Shown here: in pieces, positions 1 through 11,800 of the stretch
Position numbering within the stretch: position 1 is the first letter of the stretch
Layout: each line of letters starts with the position of its first letter
Assembly (NCBI GenBank): GCA_963829155.1
Contig: CAWHIA010000006.1
Coordinates: 107,812-171,811 of the forward strand
Length of the DNA: 64,000 nt
From: an uncultured Chloroflexia bacterium
GTDB lineage: Bacteria; Chloroflexota; Limnocylindria; Limnocylindrales; CSP1-4
Direction of reading: 5' to 3'
Translations under genes and position numbers: made by a program
The notes under the pieces: generated by a model
The model's database searches: none
What the model was told of the DNA's origin: nothing
The model's input: only the letters and a program-made list of their open reading frames with translations

Positions 1-2
1 TC

Positions 3-662
3 GTGGCCCGGACCGGCCGCTACCGGTGGCTGGTGTTCGCGGCGCTGATCACGACGGCGGCCGGGTTGGCGATGCTGACCCAGCTCCGCTCGGACACGCC
101 GCTGCCGCTGCTGTGGCTGGCGATGCTCGTGACCGGGATCGGCGTCGGACCCACGTTCGCGGTGTTCCCGCTGGTCGTCCAGAACAGCGTGCCGGTTCGC
201 CAGATCGGCTCCGCGGTCAGCAACCTGTCGTTCTTCCAGCAGATCGGGGGCACGGTGGGTCTCGCGATCACGGGCACGGTGTTCGCGACGTCGCTGACGC
301 GCGAGATCCCGTCCGCGCTCGTGTCGGCGGGGGTGCCGCCGCAGGTCGGCGGCGCACTCGCCGCGGGCGGCGGCGGAGCCCAGAACCTCACCGGCGTCGG
401 CGACATGGGGGCGGCGATCCTGGCCTCCCTGCCCGCGGAGGCGCAGGCCGCCGTGGCGCCGTTCATCCCGGCGATCGTCGGGGCCATCCACCAGGCGTTC
501 TCGATCGCGACGGCCTCCACGTTCGCCATCGGGATCGCGACCAGCCTCGGAGCGGCCGCCCTCGTGCTGCTGTTCCGCGAGGCACCCGCAACGGCGGAAG
601 CCGCCGTGCCGGCAGAGGCCGAGAAGGCCGCCGCCGACGATCGAGGCCGCGCCGCGGCCTGA
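3..662 (+). CDS. MFS drug:H+ antiporter (DHA2/EmrB-QacA-like), C-terminal part; 5' end is outside the window
   Basis: Hydrophobic helices, 'GRYR' loop, GIGVG motif and 'FFQQIGGTVGLAI' typical of the C-terminal half of 14-TM MFS exporters; TGA at 660-662. Confidence 0.85.
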   Translation: MARTGRYRWLVFAALITTAAGLAMLTQLRSDTPLPLLWLAMLVTGIGVGPTFAVFPLVVQNSVPVRQIGSAVSNLSFFQQIGGTVGLAITGTVFATSLTREIPSALVSAGVPPQVGGALAAGGGGAQNLTGVGDMGAAILASLPAEAQAAVAPFIPAIVGAIHQAFSIATASTFAIGIATSLGAAALVLLFREAPATAEAAVPAEAEKAAADDRGRAAA

Positions 663-699
663 CGGCCAATGTCACCTCCCCGCGGGGTTTCGGGGATCC

Positions 700-731
700 G
701 GCGCCGGGTGTCCCTCGGGATGCCCGGCGCC
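700..731 (+). terminator. Probable intrinsic terminator hairpin after the MFS gene
   Basis: GGCGCCGGGTGTCCC-TC-GGGATGCCCGGCGCC (15-bp stem with G-U pairs), followed by TCCGTTTCATT. Confidence 0.5.
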
Positions 732-924
732 TCCGTTTCATTGTGCGGTCGCCGTCTGCGAGGGGTCGACGGGGCAGGATTGGGAGCCGAAGCAGGTGTT
801 CGCGGCAATCGCCGACGACTTCGGCAGCCGACGCCCGGGCTAGGGCGCACCATACGGACAGGTGGGCCCGAACCCCGCGCGCCGCCGGTGGCACGACGGG
901 CCTGATCGCGGAGGGTGACGCGGC

Positions 925-1308
925 ATGCTCAGTGACTATCCGGTGTTCCCGATCCTGCTCTCCCTGGACCTCGACGCGACCCGCGACTTCTACCATGGCG
1001 TGCTCGGGCTCGAGATCGCCCGCGAGGACGAGGGCGACCGGATCGTCTTCCGATCCGGCGGCGGGACCCAGCTCGCGGTCACACTGAGCACCGTGGGGAC
1101 CTCCGACACGCAGACCCAGATGGCCTGGCGCGTGCCCGACATCCACGCCGCGCTCACCGACCTCCGGGCGCGCGGCGTCCGCATCGAGGAGTACACCGCG
1201 CCAGACCCGGTGACCACCGACGGCGTCGCCGACATGGGTCATTCATGGGCGGCCTGGTTCATCGACCCGAGCGGCAACGTGCTCGCGGTCGTGCAGCCAA
1301 AAGGCTGA
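925..1308 (+). CDS. VOC/glyoxalase family protein
   Basis: 127 aa; 'DLDATRDFYHGVLGL', 'DIHAALTDLRARGVRI', 'AWFIDPSGNVLAV'; GGAGG RBS upstream. Confidence 0.85.
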   Translation: MLSDYPVFPILLSLDLDATRDFYHGVLGLEIAREDEGDRIVFRSGGGTQLAVTLSTVGTSDTQTQMAWRVPDIHAALTDLRARGVRIEEYTAPDPVTTDGVADMGHSWAAWFIDPSGNVLAVVQPKG

Positions 1309-1313
1309 GTGTT

Positions 1314-2489
1314 CTAGTCGATCAACACTAGCGGGGCGAGGCCGGCGAGCGGTCCGTCCGGTCGCGGCGCGGCGAGCTCGGGCTCCGATGCGCCGCCTTC
1401 GGACCGCGCGGCCAGGCGCTCCTCGAGCTGCGCGACCAGGCTGGGGACGCCGGACTCGAGCGCTGCCCCGTACGCGGGCCCGATGTGGGCCATCTGCTCC
1501 CGTTCGCGCTTCGTCTTCGCCGCCCCGAAGCGCATGTGGATCGTCGTGCCCGACGTCGTCGGCTCGAACTCGATCGTGTGCAGCACCTTCACGGGTCCCT
1601 GCGGCGTGTCGAGGATCGTCCGGTCCGTGACGTAGTCGTAGGGCCGCCAGTCGAGGATCTCCTCGACGGCCGCGTCCTTGCCGTGGCGGCAATGGTTGGC
1701 CGAGCCCGCGCCGCGCCGGCCGCCCGTCGCGCCCTCCACCCTCACCTCCGTCACCCAAGGTTGCCAGCTCATCCGTTGCCCGGGCGTCGTCAAGAACTCC
1801 CAGGCCACCTGGGGCGGGACGGTCGTCGGCACCGAGACCGTGAGGGTCGACTCCGCGGGCGTCACGAAGACCCGCGCGCGGGCCTCCTCTTCCTGCCACC
1901 GCCGCTCGAGGTCGAGCACCCAGGCCTGGACGTCGCCGATCCGCTCGTAGGTCTCGACGTGCGGGCGCAGGCCGAGGGCGGCGCCGTCGAGGCCCGCGGC
2001 GTCGAGGCTGGCCTGGCTCAGCAGGGCGTAGGCCTCGATCCCGGTCCGTTCGACGACATCGTTCTTGAGCAGCCGATGGACGATTATCACGTCCGAGCCC
2101 AGCAGCTCCTGCCGGCCGGCGACCTTCTGGACGATGGCCTCCCCGTGGTGGGCGACGAACTTGAGGTCGAGGTCAGGGATCCGGCTGCAGGCGTTGCACT
2201 CGCACGACGTGGCCTGCCGGACGTCGCGCCGCCTGCGGCGGAAGCCGAAGTAGCAGCGCTCGATGGTGTCGAGCAGCATGGACCCGTCGATGGTCTCGCC
2301 GATGGCGTACGTGAACGCCGCATCGCCCTCGAGCTTGGCAAGCCGGAAGCCGGGACGGAGGGCGGTGACCACGGCGCCGATGAGGTCCGCGAGGATGTCC
2401 TGAGCGTGGTCGAGCTCGACGTCCGCCAGGTACCCGGTGTACCCGGAGATGTCGGCGATGAGGAAGGTGGCGGGCTGGGTGGGAGCCAT
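1314..2489 (-). CDS. DUF2652-like (class III nucleotidyl-cyclase fold) domain fused to an SRPBCC/START domain
   Basis: 'IADISGYTGY', 'KLEGDA', 'CECNAC', 'LKFVAHHGE', 'DVIIVHRLLKN', followed by a START-like domain ('VPPQVAWEFLT', 'EEILDWRPYDYVT'). Start placed at MAPTQ (ATG 2489). Confidence 0.8.
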   Translation of the reverse strand: MAPTQPATFLIADISGYTGYLADVELDHAQDILADLIGAVVTALRPGFRLAKLEGDAAFTYAIGETIDGSMLLDTIERCYFGFRRRRRDVRQATSCECNACSRIPDLDLKFVAHHGEAIVQKVAGRQELLGSDVIIVHRLLKNDVVERTGIEAYALLSQASLDAAGLDGAALGLRPHVETYERIGDVQAWVLDLERRWQEEEARARVFVTPAESTLTVSVPTTVPPQVAWEFLTTPGQRMSWQPWVTEVRVEGATGGRRGAGSANHCRHGKDAAVEEILDWRPYDYVTDRTILDTPQGPVKVLHTIEFEPTTSGTTIHMRFGAAKTKREREQMAHIGPAYGAALESGVPSLVAQLEERLAARSEGGASEPELAAPRPDGPLAGLAPLVLID

Positions 2490-2496
2490 CGGCACC

Positions 2497-2526
2497 ACTG
2501 TACGGCCGCGCCGTCTCGCGATTGAA
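2497..2526 (-). promoter_or_regulatory. Candidate sigma70 promoter for a leaderless DUF2652 transcript
   Basis: Minus strand TTCAAT-N18-TACAGT; the -10 box lies 7 nt before the ATG at 2489; no SD sequence. Confidence 0.4.
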
Positions 2527-2548
2527 GCCCGATGATGAGCACGTGCAG

Positions 2549-5500
2549 ATGCCCGCCACCGGAACCCTCACCTTCCTGTTCACCGACCTGGAGGGCAGCA
2601 CGCGCCTGTGGGAGCAGTACCCGGACGGCATGCAGGTCGCCCTCCGCGGGCACGACGCGATCCTGCGCGACGCCATCGAGGGATCCGGCGGCACGGTGAT
2701 CAAGACGACCGGCGACGGGATGATGGCGGTCTTCCCCGGCGCGCTCGACGCGGTCACGGCGAGCCTCGCGGCGCAGCGCGGCCTGATCGCCGAGCCGTGG
2801 GGCGAGACCGGTCCGCTGCGGGTGCGGATGGGGATCCACTGCGGGCAGGCCGAGCAGCGGGGCGGTGACTACTTCGGCACCACCGTGAACCGCGCCGCCC
2901 GAATCATGGCGGCCGGTCACGGCGGCCAGGTGCTGCTCTCGGCGTCTGCCGGGGCGCTCGCCACGGAGCGACTCCCGGACGGTGCCGGCCTCCTCGACCT
3001 CGGTGAGCACCACCTGCGCGACCTCGGGCGCCCGGAGCACCTGTACCAGCTCGTCCACCCGGACCTGCCATCCCAGTTCCCCGCGCTGGTCACCGCCCGG
3101 AGTGCGGGCACCGACCTGCCGTCGAGGGTGGCCGCGCTCATCGGCAGGACCGACGAGATCGGGCAGATCACCGATCGCCTGGCCACGGGGTCCGTCCGCC
3201 TGCTGACGCTCACGGGACCAGGCGGCACGGGCAAGACGACGCTCGCCATCCGCGTGGCCGGCGACCTCGCGGGTCGGTTCCGGGACGGCGTGTCCTTCGT
3301 CGACCTGTCCAGCGTCCGGGACACGAATGCCGTCCTCGTGGCGATCGCGCGCGCCGTCGGGCTGGGCGAGATCATCGAGCGCGATCTCCAGGACGAGCTC
3401 ACCGACCACCTCCGCGAGCGCCGGATGCTGATCGTCCTCGACAACCTCGAGCAGGTCACCGAAGCGGCGTCCATCGTCGCCGGCCTGCTGAGCGCCTGCC
3501 CGGAGCTGACGGTCCTCGCCACGAGTCGAGAGGCGCTCCACGTCCGAGCTGAGCAGGTCTTCGCCGTTCCCCCGCTCGCGCTCCCGCCGCCCAACCGCGG
3601 TCAGGCCACGGCGCAGGCCATCGGCGAGTTCGAGGCCGTGGCTCTGTTCGTCGACCGCGCGCGCGTCGTCGACCCGGATTTCGCGCTGACCGACGACAAC
3701 GCCCCCGCCGTCGCGGAGATCTGCCGCCGGCTCGATGGCTTGCCGCTCGCGATCGAGCTCGCGGCCGCCCGCCTCGCCCTGTTCTCGCCAGACGTGCTCC
3801 GCGACCGGCTCGACGACCGGCTCGGACTGCTGCGCAGCGGTCCCCGCGATCTCCCCGAGCGCCAGCAGACCCTTCGGGCGACCGTGGACTGGAGCTACGA
3901 GCTCCTCGAGCCCGCGGAGCAACACCTGTTCGAGCTGGTGTCGGTGTTCGCCGATGCGGAAGTCTCAGCCGTCGAGGCCGTGGCCGACGACGTGGGAGCG
4001 ATCGACGGCGTGGTGGTCGACGTGCTCGATGGCCTGGCCGGGCTCGTCGAGAAGAGCCTCCTCCGCAGGGTGGACGTTCCAGGCGCCGAGCCGCGCGTCG
4101 CGATGCTCCAGACGATCCGGGCCTTCGCCACCGACCGGCTCGACCAGCGACCGGACGTCGCGTCGCGGGCGCGCCGGGCGCACGCGACCCACTACGCGGC
4201 GCTCGCGGGCCGGCTCCGAGGGGACCTGGGCGGGGCCGGGCGCGAGGTCGCCCTCGACCGATTGGCCGCCGACGTCGCGAACCTGCGCATCGCGTGGGCC
4301 TTCTGGGTGGCCGCGGGCGACTTCGAGCAGCTGGACAGGCTGGCCAAGGCGCTGCTCGTCCTCGACGACGCCCACGGGTGGTACCTCGACACCGTCGGGC
4401 TGGCCTCGGACATGCTCGCCGTCCTCGACGCCGTCCCGACCTCGTCCGAGCGGATCAACCAGGAGATCGCGCTCCGGACGACACTTGCCCGGGCACTCAT
4501 GGCCACGAAGGGCTTCACGCCGGAGGTGGAAGCCGCCTTCTCGAGCGCCCTCGAGCGGTTCGAGCGCGGCGTCGACGTCGGGCTGCAGTTCTCCGTGCTC
4601 AGGGGCCTCGCCAGCCTGTACCTGTTCCGCGCGCAGCTCGACAAGTCGGCCGAGATCGGCCAGCAGATCCTCGCCCTCGGCGAATTGGAGGGCGACTCGA
4701 GCATGTTGATCGATGGCCATCTGCTCGTGGGCACGACGCTTATGAGCTTCCACGACCTCAATCGCGGGCTCGAGCACTTCGACACGGCCATCGCCCTGTT
4801 CCCGACTCCGCTGAAAGGAAGCCGGACCGCACGCGTCGGCAACGACCCGCGTGTCGCGTGCCTGACGACCTCCGCCTTCACCCTGTGGATGCTGGGCCGG
4901 GCGGATCGCGCCGCCGAGCGCGCGGATGCCGCGTTGGCGCTCGCGGCGGCGCTCGACCACCCGTTCACCACCGCCTACGCCCGGTATCACGCGGGCCTGC
5001 TGCGTCTGTGGCGGCGCGAACCGGACGCGGCGCACTCCCTCGCGACCGAGCTCCTCGACCTCGCCGGCGAGCACGAGTTCCGCATCTGGAGCGCAGCCGG
5101 CACCGTGCTGCGCGGGGCTGCACGCGTCGGCCTCGGCCGGGTCGACGAAGGCCTGGCCGACGTCCGGAACGGGATCGGCCTCTACGGCGAGCTCCGGTCG
5201 CCGCCCATCTTCTGGCCGTTCCTGCTGTTCGTGCAGGCCCGCGCCTGCGCCGACGCTGGACGACCCGCAGAGGGGCTTTCGGCCGTCGAGCGCGCAATGG
5301 ACGTCCTCGGGGAAGGCTCCGATGCGACCCTCATGCCCGAGCTATGGATCGCGAAGGGCGACCTGGTCCGAGTCCTGGCGGCCGATGACGGCGGCGATGT
5401 CGCCGAGGCCGAGCCGTGGTATCGAAACGCACTCGACCGGGCGACCGAGCTCGGCGCCCTCACGGCGCGGCTCCGGGCCTCGACCCGGCTCGCCCGATTG

Positions 5501-5632
5501 CGGGTCGAGGCCGGCAATCCGGCCGCGGCGTCGGCCCTCCTCGGCCCGATCCTTGGATCGCTCACCGAGGGCTTCGAGACCGCCGATGTGCGCGAGGCGC
5601 GTGAGCTGCTCGAGGACGCCGCCACGGCCTGA
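2549..5632 (+). CDS. Adenylate/guanylate cyclase - STAND (NB-ARC-like) ATPase - TPR protein
   Basis: 'FLFTDLEGST', 'KTTGDG', 'RMGIHCG', 'DYFGTTVNRAAR' (cyclase); Walker A 'GPGGTGKT'; Walker B 'LIVLDNLEQ'; 'LDGLPLAIELAAAR'; helical repeat C-terminus. 1027 aa from ATG 2549. Confidence 0.9.
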   Translation: MPATGTLTFLFTDLEGSTRLWEQYPDGMQVALRGHDAILRDAIEGSGGTVIKTTGDGMMAVFPGALDAVTASLAAQRGLIAEPWGETGPLRVRMGIHCGQAEQRGGDYFGTTVNRAARIMAAGHGGQVLLSASAGALATERLPDGAGLLDLGEHHLRDLGRPEHLYQLVHPDLPSQFPALVTARSAGTDLPSRVAALIGRTDEIGQITDRLATGSVRLLTLTGPGGTGKTTLAIRVAGDLAGRFRDGVSFVDLSSVRDTNAVLVAIARAVGLGEIIERDLQDELTDHLRERRMLIVLDNLEQVTEAASIVAGLLSACPELTVLATSREALHVRAEQVFAVPPLALPPPNRGQATAQAIGEFEAVALFVDRARVVDPDFALTDDNAPAVAEICRRLDGLPLAIELAAARLALFSPDVLRDRLDDRLGLLRSGPRDLPERQQTLRATVDWSYELLEPAEQHLFELVSVFADAEVSAVEAVADDVGAIDGVVVDVLDGLAGLVEKSLLRRVDVPGAEPRVAMLQTIRAFATDRLDQRPDVASRARRAHATHYAALAGRLRGDLGGAGREVALDRLAADVANLRIAWAFWVAAGDFEQLDRLAKALLVLDDAHGWYLDTVGLASDMLAVLDAVPTSSERINQEIALRTTLARALMATKGFTPEVEAAFSSALERFERGVDVGLQFSVLRGLASLYLFRAQLDKSAEIGQQILALGELEGDSSMLIDGHLLVGTTLMSFHDLNRGLEHFDTAIALFPTPLKGSRTARVGNDPRVACLTTSAFTLWMLGRADRAAERADAALALAAALDHPFTTAYARYHAGLLRLWRREPDAAHSLATELLDLAGEHEFRIWSAAGTVLRGAARVGLGRVDEGLADVRNGIGLYGELRSPPIFWPFLLFVQARACADAGRPAEGLSAVERAMDVLGEGSDATLMPELWIAKGDLVRVLAADDGGDVAEAEPWYRNALDRATELGALTARLRASTRLARLRVEAGNPAAASALLGPILGSLTEGFETADVREARELLEDAATA

Positions 5633-5813
5633 CGCGCGTCGCCCGCCGGCGGGCCTCGAAGCTCGCGATCACCGGGGTTGTGCGACATCGGATAATCACC
5701 GTGCGCGTTGGCCTCCAGGCATCGCGCCGACATCGCTCCCGTGCTGCAGCCCGACCATCGCGTTCCATGACCGGGCACGGTTCGGGGGGACCGCGAAGCG
5801 ATGGTGCGCGCAC

Positions 5814-8800
5814 ATGTCCCTGTGGGATGACCTGCCCGCGACACTCCGGGATTCCGGATCGGCCGATGGCCTGCGCCCCCTGCTGGAGAACGTCGACACC
5901 CCGGCCTCCACGACGGAGTCGGACGGCGAGGGCACGTGGCGCGTCTATCGCGACTCGTTCGGCGGCAGTGATCCACTGTCCATCGACCCGGCGACGGGTT
6001 CGTTTACGCGGGGCCCGGTCGCCAATCGTGCAACCACGCCGCTCGAGTTTCCGGACCCGCGGGTCAATGTCGAGCTCGCGCTCCGGCTCGACGGCGCGGG
6101 AGATCCCGACGGCACGGTCCGGCTGACCGTTGCGACCCCGTCCGCGATCCTCCGCCTGCCGTTCCTTCGAGGTGCCCTGCTGGACGCGCAGGGCCAGCTC
6201 CGCCCAGACCCCGCCAACCCGGATGTCCGGTTCCTGCTGCCGGCCTTCCGGATCCGAGTCCGGCGAGAAGCGGCCGGCGGCGTCTCCGCATCGCTGCTGT
6301 CGGCCTCGACGGGTGCGCCTGTCGACCAGATCTACGACTTCGTTCGCATGGAGCCCGCGCATGCCCTGATCGGTCCCGGGAACACCGTGGGCTTCGCCTT
6401 CCGTGCGGCCGTCCTGGACCTCTCGGGCACGGCCGGTCCGTCCGGCGTGCCGCCGGAGGCACGAGCCATGCCGGGCGACTGGCAGGGGCTGTGGCTGCCG
6501 GAGGCGCGGCTGTTCGTGTCGCCCAACGGCCTCGAGGGGCTGGCCGTCAGCGCGGGCGTGCGTGACCTGTGGATCGGGATCGGCCGCCACGCCGGGGTGA
6601 CCGGTGTGTTCGAGGCCGAAGTCGTCAACCGCGGCGCCGCCCCGAAGGTCCGGCTGCGCTTCCAGACGCCGTCGGGCGAGTGGATCGGGGTCCCGGACAT
6701 CGACGGCGGAACGCCGATCGACGTGCCCGAGACGTCGACCGTGTACGTGGACGGGAACGGCGGGATCGCCCCGCTCGCCTACACGCTCAGGGTGGGTGGC
6801 GGCGCGTCCACCAGCACCGATCGCGCCGCCGTCACGGCACCTGGGGCCGGGACCGTGTCGATCGCGGCGACGGTGACGGACGGGGGCGGCCACACCGCGA
6901 CCAGGACGATCAGCGTTCGGCGGCGGACCGGTGGCCCGGGCGGCGGACCCGCTGCGCCCGGCGGCCAGGCCATTGCGGTGCGGATGACCAGTGCGACCCC
7001 GAGCCGGGTCGTCGTCACGGGGCAGACAGCGACCAGCGTGACGGTTGCGCTCGTGCCGGGCGACGGCGACATCACCTGGACCTGGCCGGGTGCCGCGCCG
7101 GTCACGGCGGCAACAGCGACCGTCCCCGTGGCGGCCGGCGCGCCGGTCGTCGTCACCGCGGTCCGAACGCACGCGGCGGCCGCGGTCCTGCCGATCGACG
7201 CGTACACGCTGTTCAACCGCCCGTCGGCGACCGAAGGCAACGCGTTCGCCGACAACCCGCTCAACGTGCACGCCGAGCCGGCCAGCGACCGAGACGGCTG
7301 GGGCCCGTCACCCGTCCTGATGGACCAGGCGTTCTGCGATCGGATCGCGGCCCTGCCGGCGGGCACCACCTGGTCAGTCCAGGGCTGGGCGAGCTACGAA
7401 GGCGACGACAGCGCAGGTCAACGGGGGCGCAACCAGGCGCTGAGCGAGCGGCGCCGGGACGCCCTCATCCGCATCCTCGAGTGCGCCGGGGCGACCGGCG
7501 TCTCCTCCGGGACAGCGCATGGCCACGACGCCGCGCGGGACGGCGTGTCGCCTGACCCGCCCGATCCGGCGCCGGCCCCGGGCGTCCCGAGCTGGTGGCA
7601 CGCGCGCGCGACGGCCTCCCTCGGCGCGGCCACGACCGAGACGGTCACGGCCGAGCTCACGCGCCCGCCGGCGCAGGCGCCGCTCGACCCCGACCCGCGG
7701 CCCACCGACCCTGGCCGTCCGGACTTCTTCCGCAAGATCGGCGTCCGGGTCGAGCTCATCCGCAGCACGTTCGTCCGCGCTGAGCTGTACGGCGAGTTCG
7801 ATATCCACACGGCGGCAGAGGAGCGGATCGAGGCCAACACCACCGCGACGCCCCCGCCCCGGACGAACCCGAACGACGGGATCTGCACGTTCCTCGTCCG
7901 ACTGCGAATCGCCGAAGACCGCTCATCGTGGCTCGTGAGCGCCGAGCTGCGCGCGATCGACGCTGACCTCGACGGCCTGGCGAAGCTCGAGCGCGGCGCC
8001 ACCGGCGACCAGACGGCGGTGGACATCATCGGCTCCGTCGCCGCCCTCGGGCCCCTGCTCGCCGCGGCAACGCCGCCCTCCCCGACCGCCGGCGAGCTGG
8101 TCCCCATGGTCATCCTCACGGGCGCGGCCGTCGGGATCGGGGCCAGCGGCGTGCTCCAGACGCGCTATGTGATCCTGCGCGGCGGCGAGCTCGTGATCTC
8201 GGACGGGATCGTGGATCCGGCGACCGGCAGCGGCCCGACGACGACCCAGGTGAGCGTCCTGCTCGACGTGGAGACCGCGTTCACGTTCGACCTCGGGTTC
8301 ATCAAGGTCCGTCCGGAGCAGCCCATCGTCACGCGCTACAAGTCGCTCGGCCTGCGGTCAACTTGGGACGCGCGACCGCAGCCGGACGGGACCATCGAGT
8401 ACGTCCCGCTGCCCGTCTTCGACCCATCGAAGGGCTACACGCTCGACGTGCCGGCCGGCTCGCTCGTCGCCGCGGATCCGCTCGGCGAGGTGCTGCGCGT
8501 CCTGGGCGTCCGGGTCAGCCGCGACAACCCGACCTACCTCGAGGTCGAGGTCGGCATGGGCGTCGACCTCGGGATCATCCGCGTCGACACCGTTCGCGTC
8601 CGGCTCAGGCTCGACCAGGCCGAGCTGCCACAGCTGACCAAGCTCGGCGCGAGCATCGACGTACCGGGCGTCCTCCACGGTGCCGGGTTCGTCGAGATCA
8701 CCCAGTTCGGGTTCAAGGGCGCGCTCGACCTGACGGTTCAGCCGCTGAACGTGCGTGTCGCCGCCGTGCTCGCCGTCGAGACGATCAACGGCGTCACCGG

Positions 8801-11800
8801 TGTGCTCGTCGGGGCCGAGGTCGAGTTCCCGGTGCCGATCCCGCTCGGCAACTCCGGCCTCGGGCTGTACGGATTCCTTGGCGGGGTCGGCGTCAACTAC
8901 GGGCGCAAGGAACCCGTCGGCGTCCAGGCGGCCGCGCTCAAGTGGCTCGAGCAGCAGCTGGGCCCGTCGCGCAACAACGTGATGCACCCCGACGGGTGGG
9001 AGCACCGGGCCGGCGCCTACGCGTTCGCGGCCGGCATCCTGCTGGGCACGGCAGAGGGCGGGTTCATCGTCCACCTCAAGGGCATCGTGATCATCGAGGT
9101 GCCCGGCCCGCGCCTGATGCTGGTGATGAAGGCGGACGTCCTCAAGATGCCGCCTGTCCTCAAGAGCCAGAGCAGCGCGACGTTCCTGGCCGTCCTGGAC
9201 ATCGACTTCGGGCGAGGGACGATCACGCTGGGCGTGGTCGCTGCCTACCAGATCCAGTCGGTGCTCAAGGTCCGGATCCCGGTCACGGCCTTCTTCGACA
9301 CCAACCACCCGGAGCAATGGTTCGTCGACCTGGGCTCGTACACCGAGCCGGTCACGGTCGAGGTGCTCGACGTCCTCACCGGCATGGGCTACCTGATGGT
9401 CCATGGCGCCGGCCTGACGATCCCATCCCTGTCGGTCACGACGACCGGGCTGACGATCGCCGTCGGCTTCCACATCTCCGCGGTGCTGATGGGCAGCAAG
9501 TCCGTCGGGCTGTACTTCGAGGTCGCGGCCGGCTTTGATGCGCTCGTCTCGTTCGAGCCGTTCCTGATCGCCGGCCGGATCTATGCGCGGGGCGAGCTGC
9601 GCCTGTTCATCGTGGGCATCTCGGCGAGTGCCGAGCTGGACGTGCTCGTCGGCCGCCAGCTGGTCAACGGGGCCGAGGTCGAGAAGAGCTGGATCCACGG
9701 CGAGGTCTGTGGCGAGGTTGACTTCTTCTTCTTCAGCGTCAGTGCTTGCCTGGACTTCACGCTCGGCACCAATGCACCGCCGCCCCCTGCCGCTCCGCTC
9801 CTGGTCAAGGGCGTCAGCCTCGTCAATCGATCGCCGGCGCTCGTCGAGGGCACGGCGACCGACCGTGCGGTGGACGGGAAGCTCGGCGACGCGTCCGAGC
9901 AGGACGCGTTCGCGCCCGTCGCCGGCGTCCCGGCCGCTCCGGTCCCGAGCGTCCCGCTCGACGCCATTCCGGTCGTGCTGTTCGACGTCGCGCCCGTCGT
10001 CGCCGGCGGCGGCATCGTCCTGGGCGGCGTGGCGGCGGGCGCAAGTGGGCTGCCAGCCAACCCGTGGACGCGACGGGGCGACCTGTGGTGGCGATACAAG
10101 CTCACTGGCGTCGAGCTCGTGGGCGCCGTACAGCCGGCACCGCCGGCCGGCAAGACGCCCGCTACGTGGTGGGCGCGCGGGCTGCCGGGCGATCCGCAGG
10201 TCGGTCCGGCGCTCGCCCTGCTCGACTGGCTGCCGACGCCGACCCCGCGAGCCGTTCCCTACGGCGAGCGCCTCGATACGACGATCCGCGACCGCTGGGG
10301 TCGCGTCTGTGACCCGGTCGCGGAGCCCGCCGCGGTCCTGTGGACCTTCGACGGCAAGCCGATCGGACCGAGCGTGGCGGGCTGGCGGCTGGCCGGCGTG
10401 CCGTGGCCGGACGATCCCGGATCGTTCCGGTCGTCCCCGGTCAGTGGGCGCCTCCGGGTGACGGAGCGTTGGCGTTCCGGCGACCCCTACACGGACGTCC
10501 TCCAGGGCACCGAGCCCGCCGTGGCCGTCGGCGATGTGGTCGCGTGCCCCAGGCCCGAGGGCGAACCCATCGTGTCGATCGACGCGTGGGCGAAGGGCCA
10601 GCCACTCACGTTCAGCCACGCTGCGCTGCCGATGACGGGCGGTTCGCTTCAGGGTGTGGCGGAGCTGATCGCCGACGGCACGTCGCTGCTGGACCTCGCC
10701 GCGCGATGGGCGGACGAGGGGTGGGACGGTCGCCTGAGCCGGCTGCCGCTCGACTGCGAGGGCCGGATCCTTCGCTCGCCATCCGGCGACGACGAAGAGC
10801 CCGCGCCCGACGGGGAGCCCGAGGACCAGCAGCTCGTGCTCGACTCCTGGGGCAGGACGGGGTTCAAGCCGTCGGACCTCGAGGACTCGCTCCTGCTCCG
10901 CGCGGACGGCGGGCTCTCGTCCCTCCGGTTGCTGCTGCTCATCCCGCGCCGGTTCATCGAGCAGGGCCTGCTGGTGCTGCGATCGCGCGACGACACGGGC
11001 AACGTCGTCGACGAGCGGCGGATCACCGGTGGCGACATCGTGGGCGCCGGCAACCCCGTCCCCGCACGCTGGACGGATCCCGCAGGTCCGTGGGCCGACC
11101 CCGTCGAGCGCGCCGGCCGGATCGCGGCACGCGTCGATGCCCAGGAGCGGTCCCTGCTCGCGGTGCTGGTCTCGACCGACCTGCCGACCGACGTGGCGGA
11201 GGTCGAGCTGGGTTGGGATCGCGAGGGCCTCCGCAAGCACGAGCAGTCGGCATCCGCGTTCTGGCTGGTGGCTGCCGAGGGCCTGGTCGCGGCCGAGCGG
11301 TACCGCCACGACTGGGACACCTCCGTGCTCGATGAGGAGCGCTCCGTGCTTGAGACGGTCCTCACGCAGGATCCGGACGACCATGCCCTGCTCATCCCCG
11401 GCACCGCCTACACCGTACGCATCCGATGGCAGGGCCAGTCGGTGGACCAGGACGGTCAGCCGGCGCCGAACCATCCCGAGGGCTACGGCCCGATCCAGAC
11501 CCAGGAGTTCCGGTTCGACGCCGACGCTGCCGCCGAGGCGCCGACAGACCTCGGGCCCTGGATCCTCGCCTCCGCCCCGTCCATGAACGAGACGGGGATC
11601 CTGTGCCGCGAGCCCGTGCGGATCGCCCTCGCGACCCAGAACGTGGCGGCGCTGTTCGCGGCGTACGGCGAGGAGCTGCGCGTGCTCGTCCGGTCGGCGT
11701 CGGGACGCCACCCCGAGCCGCCCGGCGGCGGACCGGCGGGTGCGGCCGTGGCGATCCCCGTGGGAGTGGGCGGGATCGTCAAGGCCTCGTCGCCCGCCCT

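Noticed and set aside
4926-5813. N-terminal 296 aa of the 2558-aa ORF (similarly 11426-12601, 46511-47287, 54820-55104)
   Set aside because: Stop-free extensions overlapping other real genes or intergenic DNA; protein-like sequence begins only at the starts given in the features.
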